From: Chiloscyllium plagiosum
Taxonomy: Eukaryota
NCBI RefSeq assembly: GCF_004010195.1
Contig: NC_057754.1
Location: forward strand, 330,918 to 394,796
Direction of reading: 5' to 3'
Length of the DNA: 63,879 nt
The stretch's first letter is position 1. Each line of letters opens with the position of its first letter. Both the position numbers and the translations under genes were made by a program. The notes under the pieces were generated by a model. It was not told the DNA's origin, did not search any database, and worked only from the letters and a program-made list of their open reading frames with translations. This document shows, one piece after another, positions 11,265 through 22,800 of the stretch.

Positions 11265-14200
11265 CGTCAGTAACACACCCTAAAATCGATCACCACGTCA
11301 GTAACACACCCTAAAATCGATCACCACGTCAGTAACACACCCTAAAATCGATCACCACGTCAGTAACACACCCTAAAATCGATCACCACGTCAGTAACAC
11401 ACCCTAAAATCGATCACCACGTCAGTAACACACCCTAAAATCGATCACCACGTCAGTAACACACCCTAAAATCGATCACCACGTCAGTAACACACCCTAA
11501 AATCGATCACCACGTCAGTAACACACCCTAAAATCGATCACCACGTCAGTAACACACCCTAAAATCGATCACCACGTCAGTAACACACCCTAAAATCGAT
11601 CACCACGTCAGTAACACACCCTAAAATCGATCACCACGTCAGTAACACACCCTAAAATCGATCACCACGTCAGTAACACACCCTAAAATCGATCACCACG
11701 TCAGTAACACACCCTAAAATCGATCACCACGTCAGTAACACACCCTAAAATCGATCACCACGTCAGTAACACACCCTAAAATCGATCACCACGTCAGTAA
11801 CACACCCTAAAATCGATCACCACGTCAGTAACACACCCTAAAATCGATCACCACGTCAGTAACACACCCTAAAATCGATCACCACGTCAGTAACACACCC
11901 TAAAATCGATCACCACGTCAGTAACACACCCTAAAATCGATCACCACGTCAGTAACACACCCTAAAATCGATCACCACGTCAGTAACACACCCTAAAATC
12001 GATCACCACGTCAGTAACACACCCTAAAATCGATCACCACGTCAGTAACACACCCTAAAATCGATCACCACGTCAGTAACACACCCTAAAATCGATCACC
12101 ACGTCAGTAACACACCCTAAAATCGATCACCACGTCAGTAACACACCCTAAAATCGATCACCACGTCAGTAACACACCCTAAAATCGATCACCACGTCAG
12201 TAACACACCCTAAAATCGATCACCACGTCAGTAACACACCCTAAAATCGATCACCACGTCAGTAACACACCCTAAAATCGATCACCACGTCAGTAACACA
12301 CCCTAAAATCGATCACCACGTCAGTAACACACCCTAAAATCGATCACCACGTCAGTAACACACCCTAAAATCGATCACCACGTCAGTAACACACCCTAAA
12401 ATCGATCACCACGTCAGTAACACACCCTAAAATCGATCACCACGTCAGTAACACACCCTAAAATCGATCACCACGTCAGTAACACACCCTAAAATCGATC
12501 ACCACGTCAGTAACACACCCTAAAATCGATCACCACGTCAGTAACACACCCTAAAATCGATCACCACGTCAGTAACACACCCTAAAATCGATCACCACGT
12601 CAGTAACACACCCTAAAATCGATCACCACGTCAGTAACACACCCTAAAATCGATCACCACGTCAGTAACACACCCTAAAATCGATCACCACGTCAGTAAC
12701 ACACCCTAAAATCGATCACCACGTCAGTAACACACCCTAAAATCGATCACCACGTCAGTAACACACCCTAAAATCGATCACCACGTCAGTAACACACCCT
12801 AAAATCGATCACCACGTCAGTAACACACCCTAAAATCGATCACCACGTCAGTAACACACCCTAAAATCGATCACCACGTCAGTAACACACCCTAAAATCG
12901 ATCACCACGTCAGTAACACACCCTAAAATCGATCACCACGTCAGTAACACACCCTAAAATCGATCACCACGTCAGTAACACACCCTAAAATCGATCACCA
13001 CGTCAGTAACACACCCTAAAATCGATCACCACGTCAGTAACACACCCTAAAATCGATCACCACGTCAGTAACACACCCTAAAATCGATCACCACGTCAGT
13101 AACACACCCTAAAATCGATCACCACGTCAGTAACACACCCTAAAATCGATCACCACGTCAGTAACACACCCTAAAATCGATCACCACGTCAGTAACACAC
13201 CCTAAAATCGATCACCACGTCAGTAACACACCCTAAAATCGATCACCACGTCAGTAACACACCCTAAAATCGATCACCACGTCAGTAACACACCCTAAAA
13301 TCGATCACCACGTCAGTAACACACCCTAAAATCGATCACCACGTCAGTAACACACCCTAAAATCGATCACCACGTCAGTAACACACCCTAAAATCGATCA
13401 CCACGTCAGTAACACACCCTAAAATCGATCACCACGTCAGTAACACACCCTAAAATCGATCACCACGTCAGTAACACACCCTAAAATCGATCACCACGTC
13501 AGTAACACACCCTAAAATCGATCACCACGTCAGTAACACACCCTAAAATCGATCACCACGTCAGTAACACACCCTAAAATCGATCACCACGTCAGTAACA
13601 CACCCTAAAATCGATCACCACGTCAGTAACACACCCTAAAATCGATCACCACGTCAGTAACACACCCTAAAATCGATCACCACGTCAGTAACACACCCTA
13701 AAATCGATCACCACGTCAGTAACACACCCTAAAATCGATCACCACGTCAGTAACACACCCTAAAATCAATCAATCACCACGTATCACATCCTAAAATCAA
13801 TCACCACGTCAGTAACACACCCTAAAATCGATCACCACGTCAGTAACACACCCTAAAATCGATCACCACGTCAGTAACACACTATAAAATCGATCACCAC
13901 GTCAGTAACACACTCTAAAATCAATCACCACGTATCACATCCTAAAATCAATCACCACGTCAGTAACACACTCTAAAATCGATCACCACGTCAGTAACGC
14001 ACTCTAAAATCGATCACCACGTCAGTAACACACTCTAAAATCGATCACCACGTCAGTAACGCACTCTAAAATCATCAATAACGCACCCTAAAATCAATCA
14101 CCACGTCAGTAACACACCCTAAAATCAATCACCACGTCAGTAACACACTCTAAAATCGATCACCACGTCAGTAACGCACCCTAAAATCAGTCACCACGTC

Positions 14201-17200
14201 AGTAACGCACCCTAAAATCAGTCACCATGTCAATAATCCACCCTAAAATCAATCACCACGTCAATAACGTACCCTAAAATCAATCACCACGTCAGTAACG
14301 CACCCTGAAATCAATCACCGTCAGTAACACACCCTGAAATCAATCACCACCTCAATTCATACCACACTCTCCAAATCAATCCCACCTCAATTCATAACGC
14401 CCTGAAATCAATCACCACGTCAGAAACACACCCGGACATCAATCACCACATCAGTAACGCGCCCCAAAATCAACCACATCCGAAATACACCCCAAATCAA
14501 TCCCACCTCAATGCACACCGTGCCCTGAAATCAAATACTACGTTAGTAACGCACCCCAAAATTGATCACCACATCAGTAACACAACCCAAATCAATCTCT
14601 CCTCAATTCATAACACATCCCGAAATCAATCACCACATCAGTAACACATCCCAAAATCAATCTCCAGGTCAGTGACACACCCTGAAACCAAACAGAATGT
14701 CAGTAACACATCCCAAAATCAATCTCCAGGTCAGTGACACACCCTGAAACCAAACAGAATGTCAGTAACACATCCCAAATCAATCCCAACTCAACTCGTA
14801 AAATAACCCAATTCAATCTCAACTCCGTTCATAACACACAATGCAATCAATCGTCATGTCAGTGACACCCCTCCCCCAAAATCATTCATAATGTCAGTAA
14901 AACACCCAAAGTCAATCACGTCAGTAACACCCCCTCGAATTCAGTCACTACATCAGTAACACACCCTGATATCAATCACTGCGTCAGTAACACACCCTAA
15001 AATCAATCACTACATCAATAACACACCCTAAAATCAATCACAACGTCAATAACACACTCGAAATCAATCACCACGTCAATAACGCACCCGAAATCAATCA
15101 CCACGTCAATAACGCACCCGAAATCAATCACCACATCAATAATGCACCCTAGAATCAATCACCACGTTAATAACACACCCGAAATCAATCACGTCAGTAA
15201 CACCCCCTCGGATTCAGTCACGACATCAGTAGCACACCCTGAAATCAATCACTGCGTCAGTAACACACCCCGAAATCAATCACGTCAGTAACACACCCCA
15301 AAATCAATCTCCAGGTCAGTGACACACTCTGAAATCAAACAGAATGTCTGTAATACATCCCAAATCAATTCCACCTCAACCTGTAAAACAGCCTGAAATC
15401 AATCAACTCGTCAGTAACGCATCCCAAATCAATCCCACCTCAATTCATAATACACCCCAATTCAATCTCAACTCAATTAATAACACACCCTGAAATCAAT
15501 CATGTCAGTGACACCCCTCCACCAAAATCATTCATAATGTCAGTAACACACCCTAAAACCAATCACCACGTCAGTAACATACCCGAAATCAGGCACCGCG
15601 TCAGAAACACACCCCAAAATCAATCACCGCGTCAGTAACACACCCCGATATCAATCACCGCGTCAGTAACACACCCCGAAATCAATCACCGCGTCAGTAA
15701 CACACACCGATATCAATCACCGCGTCAGTAACACACCCCGAAATCGATCACCGCGTCAGTAACACACCCCGATATCAATCACCGCGTCAGTAACACACCC
15801 CGAAATCAATCACCGCGTCTGTAACACACCCCGAAATCAATCACCGCGTCAGTAACACACCCCGATATCAATCACCGCGTCAGTAACACACCCCGAAATC
15901 AATCACCGCGACAGTAACACACCCCGATATCAATCACCGCGTCAGTAACACACCCCGAAATCAGGCACCACGTCAGAAACACACCCGGATATCAATCACC
16001 ACGTCAGAAACACACCCGGATATCAATCACCACGTCAGTAACACACCCCGATATCAATCACCACATCAGTAACACACCCCGATATCAATCACCACGTCAG
16101 TAACACACCCCGATATCAATCACCACGTCAGTAACACACCCCGATATCAATCACCACGTCAGAAACACACCCCGATATCAATCACCACGTCAGTAACACA
16201 CCCCGATATCAATCACCACGTCAGTAACACACCCCGATATCAATCACCACGTCAGTAACACACCCCGATATCAATCACCACGTCAGTAACACACCCCGAT
16301 ATCAATCACCACGTCAGTAACACACCCCGATATCAATCACCACGTCAGTAACACACCCCGATATCAATCACCACGTCAGTAACACACCCCGATATCAATC
16401 ACCACGTCAGTAACACACCCCGATATCAATCACCACGTCAGAAACACACCCGGATATCAATCACCACGTCAGAAACACACCCCGATATCAATCACCACGT
16501 CAGAAATGCACCCGGATATCAAGCACCACAACAGAAACACACCCCGATATCAATCACCACGTCAGAACAAACCCCAAAATCAATCACCACGTCAGAAATG
16601 CACCCTGAAATCAATCACATCGTAAGACGACCCAAATCAATCCCACCTCAATTTGTAATTCACTCCAAATCAATCAACCTCAGTTCACACTGCACTCCGA
16701 AATCGATCACGTCAGTAACACACCCTGAAATCGATCATCACGTCAATAACACACTCTGAAATCGATCATCATGTCAGTAACACACGCTGAAATCGATCAT
16801 CATGTCAGTAACACACGCTGAAATCGATCATCACGTCAGTAACACACCCTGAAATCGATCATGTCAGTAACACACGCCGAAATCGATCATCACGTCAGTA
16901 ACACACGCCGAAATCGATCATCACGTCAGTAACACACGCTGAAATTGATCATGTCAGTAACACACGCTGAAATCGATCATCACGTCAGTAACACAGGCTG
17001 AAATCGATCATCATGCATCATGTCAGTAACACACGCTGAAATCGATCATCACGTCAGTAACACAGGCTGAAATCGATCATCATGTCAGTAGTCAGTAACA
17101 CACGCTGAAATCGATCATCACGTCAGTAACACACCCTGAAATCGATCATCATATCAGTAACACACGCTGAAATCGATCATCATGTCAGTAACACACCCTG

Positions 17201-18786
17201 AAATCGATCATCACGTCAATAACACACGCTGAAATCGATCATCACGTCAATAACACACCCTGAAATCGATCATCATGTCAGTAACACACGCTGAAATCGA
17301 TCATCACGTCAGTAACACACCCTGAAATCGATCATCACGTCAATAACACACGCTGAAATCGATCATCACGTCAATAACACACCCTGAAATCGATCATCAC
17401 GTCAATAACACACCCTGAAATCGATCATCACGTCAATAACACACCCTGAAATCGATCATCACGTCAATAACACACCCTGAAATCGATCATCACGTCAATA
17501 ACACACCCTGAAATCGATCATCACGTCAATAACACACCCTGAAATCGATCATCACGTCAATAACACACCCTGAAATCGATCATCACGTCAATAACACACC
17601 CTGAAATCGATCATCACGTCAATAACACACCCTGAAATCGATCATCACGTCAATAACACACCCTGAAATCGATCATCACGTCAATAACACACCCTGAAAT
17701 CGATCATCACGTCAATAACACACCCTGAAATCGATCATCACGTCAATAACACACCCTGAAATCGATCATCACGTCAATAACACACCCTGAAATCGATCAT
17801 CACGTCAATAACACACCCTGAAATCGATCATCACGTCAATAACACACCCTGAAATCGATCATCACGTCAATAACACACCCTGAAATCGATCATCACGTCA
17901 ATAACACACCCTGAAATCGATCATCACGTCAATAACACACCCTGAAATCGATCATCACGTCAATAACACACCCTGAAATCGATCATCACGTCAATAACAC
18001 ACCCTGAAATCGATCATCACGTCAATAACACACCCTGAAATCGATCATCACGTCAATAACACACCCTGAAATCGATCATCACGTCAGTAACACACCCTGA
18101 AATCGATCATCACGTCAGTAACACACCCTGAAATCGATCATCACGTCAGTAACACACCCTGAAATCGATCATCACGTCAGTAACACACCCTGAAATCGAT
18201 CATCACGTCAGTAACACACCCTGAAATCGATCATCACGTCAGTAACACACCCTGAAATCGATCATCACGTCAGTAACACACCCTGAAATCGATCATCACG
18301 TCAGTAACACACCCTGAAATCGATCATCACGTCAGTAACACACCCTGAAATCGATCATCACGTCAGTAACACACCCTGAAATCGATCATCACGTCAGTAA
18401 CACACCCTGAAATCGATCATCACGTCAGTAACACACCCTGAAATCGATCATCACGTCAGTAACACACCCTGAAATCGATCATCACGTCAGTAACACACCC
18501 TGAAATCGATCATCACGTCAGTAACACACCCTGAAATCGATCATCACGTCAGTAACACACGCTGAAATCGATCATCACGTCAGTAACACACTCTGAAATC
18601 GATCACCACATCAGTAACACACCCTGAAATTGATCATCACGTCAGTAACACACGCTGAAATCGATCATCACGTCAGTAACACACCCTGAAATCGATCACC
18701 ACGTCAATAACACGCCCTGAAATCGATCACCACGTCAGTAACACATCCTTGAACTAACTATATTGTCATCAATAGCATACTCCCCA

Positions 18787-18900
18787 GAGGGCTCTTGTGA
18801 CATAGTGGTCGCATCCCTGCCTCTGTGCTAAAAGTCTCAGGTTCAAAACTCAGCTGTCCCAGAAGTTTGTAGCAACATTTCTGAGTAAGTTGATTTAAAA
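18787..18900 (+). mobile_element. Degenerate tRNA-derived SINE head
   Basis: gggctcttgtgacatagtggt (A-box-like) and caggttcaaaac (B-box-like) at tRNA spacing. Confidence 0.4.
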
Positions 18901-19271
18901 AAATAATGCTGTCGCTGTCAGTGTTGATGCTGCTCAGTCTGAGATGCTAAGCATGTGCTGTGGAGGTGATGTGCTCTGCTCCTGTCTGTACAGTAGGGCA
19001 GCCAATCATCAGGAAGAGACTGCAGTGAACAGAGCCTGAAAGTGGGTGTAGGACAGCATGGGCTGCGGCTGGTATAGGTTCTCTCTGGGTTGCTGAGGGA
19101 TCTCTGTAGTGTCTCTAGCGGGAAGCTAAGGATGGAAACAAGAGAAGTTGCAGTCGGATTGTAGGTTTCATGGAAAGACTTCCTGAAACATTCAGAACTC
19201 TGTTCATGAGGGAGGTTGTTCAGGACTCTCAAGCCCATCAAATAGTGCAGGTGGAAGTGGGATTCAGGGTA

Positions 19272-19485
19272 GAGGTAGCTCCCGCTATCCAAAAGTACGG
19301 CGTTCCCAGGAAATCTTTCAAGCCGAAAATGGCGTAAAGCGAAGGTACATGATTTATGTGGAAAAAAGTATCGTTTTTCATAAAAGCGAAAATCCTCTTC
19401 AGATTCGCGAAAACAGATAGTGATGTAGCTCTTTTGTAAAAGCAAAATTGCACAAAGTAAACATTTGGAAAGTGGGGATTACCAG
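19272..19485. mobile_element. MER6-like Tigger/pogo (Tc1-mariner) MITE, 214 bp
   Basis: TA on both flanks (19270-71, 19486-87); imperfect ~25-bp TIRs; internal gccgaaaatggcgtaaagcgaa and taaaagcgaaaatcctcttc match my recollection of the MER6 consensus. Confidence 0.75.
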
Positions 19486-19581
19486 TAACAAGATGTTCCA
19501 CCTGCTTATTGTCTGCAGCTTTATCTAAAAATGTCTTCCCTTTGTTTTGTTCTAAATTTGAACTTTGATTATTTTTTTGAG

Positions 19582-19626
19582 GATGCCCATTGAGGGAGAC
19601 AGCAGAGAGCGGGCTGAGGGCTCAAG
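19582..19626 (+). CDS. MARK2: MARK2 45-nt exon encoding (R)MPIEGDSRERAEGS(R), phase 2-2
   Basis: U-rich tract ending tttttttgag, donor AAG|gtgaga; same size, phase and position as the 15-codon penultimate cassette exon of MARK-family genes (cf. MARK3 LPTEYERNGRYEGS). Confidence 0.8.
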
Positions 19627-19844
19627 GTGAGAATGTAAAGCCATTTCTATAAAGCTTGTGCCTCTATCGCCTCCACACTTTCTAATTTCAGCCCAAGGTG
19701 AATGTGTCAATCGAGCTCAAACCAGATCCCTAAAACACTTCAAAACTGTCAACATTCCAAAAGAAATTTCCTGCATTAGTTGTCCCTTGCTCTTCAACGC
19801 ATGAAAGACCAGCATCCACAACTACCTGTGGCCCACAGGGAAAG

Positions 19845-19877
19845 CTGTGTGTGTGTGTCTGTGTGTCTGTGTGTGTG
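19845..19877. repeat. Imperfect (TG)n microsatellite
   Basis: Read directly. Confidence 0.9.
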
Positions 19878-22800
19878 TGTGGGTATGTGTGTGTGTGTCG
19901 CACCCAGAACAGTGAGCTCTGTGCGTGTGTCACTTAAAACACAGACCAGTGAGCTCTGTGCGTGTTTGCCAGTCGCACCCTGAGCAGTGAGCTCTGTGTC
20001 AGTCGCGCCCAGAGCAGTGAGCTCTGTGACAGTCGCAGTGAGCTCTCTGTCAGCCGCACCCTGTGTCGGTCGCATCCAGAGCAGTGAGCTCTGTGTCAGT
20101 CGCACCCAGAGCAGTGAGCTCTGTATGTGTGTCGGTCGAGTGGTGGGCTGTGCGCGCCTGTGTCAGCTGCAACCTGAGCAGTGAGCTCTGTGTCAGTCGC
20201 ACCCAGAGCAGTGAGCTCTGTGTGTCGGTTGAGCGGTGGGCTGTGCGCGCCTGTGTCAGCTGCAACCTGAGCAGTGAGCTCTGTGCGTGTGTCATTCGCA
20301 GACTGAGCAGTGAGCCTTGTGTGTGCCAGTTGCGCGGTGAGCTCTGTGTGCGCGTGTGTCAATTGCATGGTTAGCTGTGTGCGCGCGCGTGTGTGTGTCA
20401 ATTGCATGGTTAGCTGTGTGCGCGCGCGTGTGTCAATTGCATGGTTAGCTGTGTGCGCGTGCGTGTCAATTGCATGGTTAGCTGTGTGCGCGCGTGTCGG
20501 TCGCACCCTGAACAGTGAACGTTGTGCGCGCGTGTCAGTCGCACAGTGAGCTCTGTGCGCGCGTCGGTTGTGCAGTGAGCTCTGTGCATGTTTGTCAGTC
20601 GCGCAGTGAGCCTTTGTGCGCGCGTCGGTTGCGCAGTGAGCCCTGTGCGCGCGTTGGTTGCGCAGTGAGCCCTGTGCGCGCGTCGGTTGCGCAGTGAGCC
20701 CTGTGCGCGCGTCGGTCGAGCAGTGAGCCCTGTGCGCGCGTCGGTCGAGCAGTGAGCCCTGTGCGCGCGTCGGTCGCGCAGTGAGCCCTGTGCTCCTGTC
20801 GGTCGCGCAGTGAGCTCTGTGCGCCTGTCGGCCCGCAGTGAGCTCTGTGCTCCTGTCGGCCGCGGTCTGTGCATGGGTCAGTCGCGCACTGAGCCGTGAG
20901 CTCTGCGCGTCTCAGTCGCGCAGTGAGCTCAGTGTGTGTCAGTCGCGCAATGAGCTCTGTGCGTGTGTGTTAGTCACACAGTGAGTTCCGTGCGTGTCAG
21001 TCGCGCAGTGAGTTCCATGCGTGTCAGTTGCGCAGTGAGTTCCATGCATGTGTGTCAGTCGCGCAGAATGCTCTGTATGTGTGTCAATCGCACAGTGAAC
21101 TTTGCAAGTGTGTTAATCGCGCCTTGAGCTCTGCACGTGCGTGTCAGTAGGTCAATGAGCTCTGTGCGCATGTATCAGTCACTCAGTAAGCTCTGTGCGC
21201 ATTAGTCGCGCAGTGAGCTTATGCACGTGTCAGTCACGCTGTGTACTCTGCGCGTGTATCAGTCATCTGCGGAGCCGTGAGCTGTGCGTGTGTGTCAGTC
21301 ATGTGCGGAGCCATGTACTCTGCACGTGTGTGTCAGTCATGTGCGGAGTGGTGAGCTCTGCGCCTGTGATTGTTGCCTTCTGACCAGTGAGCTCTGCATT
21401 TGTGTCAGTCACGGAGTGAGCTCTCTGCGTGTTTGCCAGTCGCGCCCAGAGCAGTGAGCTCTGTGTCAGTCACGCCCAGAGCAGTGAGCTCTGTGTGTCG
21501 GTTGAGCGGTGGGCTGTGCGCGCCTGTGTCAGCTGTAACCTGAGCAGTGAGCTCTGAGCGTGTGTCATTCGCAGATTGAGCAGTGAGCGTTGTGCGTGCC
21601 AGTCGCGCGGTGAGCTCTGTGTGCGCGTGTGTCAATTGCATGGTTAGCTGTGTGTGCGTGTGTGTCAATTGTATGGTTAGCTGTGTGCGTGCATGTCGGT
21701 TGCACCCTGAACAGTGAGCGTTGTGCGCGCATGTCAGTCGCAGTGAGCTCTGTGCGCGCATTGGTCACGCAGTGAACTCTGTGCATGTTTGTCAGTCGCG
21801 CAGTGTGCTCTGTGCGTTTGTCAGTTGCATAGTGAGCTCTGTGCGTGTTTCAGTCGCGCAGTGTGCTCTGTGCGTTTGTCAGTTGCACAGTGAGCCCTGT
21901 GCGTGTTTCAGTCGCACAGCGAGCGCTGGACGCCTGTCGGTCGCTCAGTGAGCTCTGTGCGTATTTGTCAGTCGCGCGGTGAGCCCTGTGCGCGCGTCGG
22001 TCGCGCAGTGAGCCCTGTGCGCGCGTCGGTCGCGCAGTGAGCCCTGTGCGCGCGTCGCGTCGGTCGCGCAGCGAGCCCTGCGCGCGCGTCGGTCGCGCAG
22101 CGAGCCCTGCGCGCGCGTCGGTCGCGCAGCGAGCCCTGCGCGCGCGTCGGTCGCGCAGCGAGCCCTGCGCGCGCGTCGGTCGCGCAGCGAGCCCTGCGCG
22201 CGCGTCGGTCGCGCAGCGAGCCCTGCGCGCGCGTCGGTCGCGCAGCGAGCCCTGCGCGCGCGTCGGTCGCGCAGCGAGCCCTGCGCGCGCGTCGGTCGCG
22301 CAGCGAGCCCTGCGCGCGCGTCGGTCGCGCAGCGAGCCCTGCGCGCGCGTCGGTCGCGCAGCGAGCCCTGCGCGCGCGTCGGTCGCGCAGCGAGCCCTGC
22401 GCGCGCGTCGGTCGCGCAGCGAGCCCTGCGCGCGCGTCGGTCGCGCAGCGAGCCCTGCGCGCGCGTCGGTCGCGCAGCGAGCCCTGCGCGCGCGTCGGTC
22501 GCGCAGCGAGCCCTGCGCGCGCGTCGGTCGCGCAGCGAGCCCTGCGCGCGCGTCGGTCGCGCAGCGAGCCCTGCGCGCGCGTCGGTCGCGCAGCGAGCCC
22601 TGCGCGCGCGTCGGTCGCGCAGCGAGCCCTGCGCGCGCGTCGGTCGCGCAGCGAGCCCTGCGCGCGCGTCGGTCGCGCAGCGAGCCCTGCGCGCGCGTCG
22701 GTCGCGCAGCGAGCCCTGCGCGCGCGTCGGTCGCGCAGCGAGCCCTGCGCGCGCGTCGGTCGCGCAGCGAGCCCTGCGCGCGCGTCGGTCGCGCAGCGAG

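Larger units (their letters stand above)
8815..18745. repeat. 31-bp intronic satellite, about 290 copies in several sub-arrays; main consensus CACGTCAGTAACACACCCTAAAATCGATCAC
   Basis: Period 31 read directly. Sub-arrays: 9190-10430 (gccccgaaatcaggcac), 11265-13767 (about 80 identical copies), 13770-15580 diverged, 15580-16570 (ccccgatatcaatcac), 16700-18745 (ccctgaaatcgatcat). Confidence 0.98.

Noticed and set aside
11265..13767. Interstitial telomere
   Set aside because: Only one CCCTAA per 31-bp unit, never tandem hexamers
11265..18745. CRISPR-like regular repeats
   Set aside because: Head-to-tail units with no unique spacers, no cas genes, eukaryotic context
18918..19445. 175-aa minus-strand ORF
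   Set aside because: Non-ATG start, overlaps the MITE, no recognisable domain
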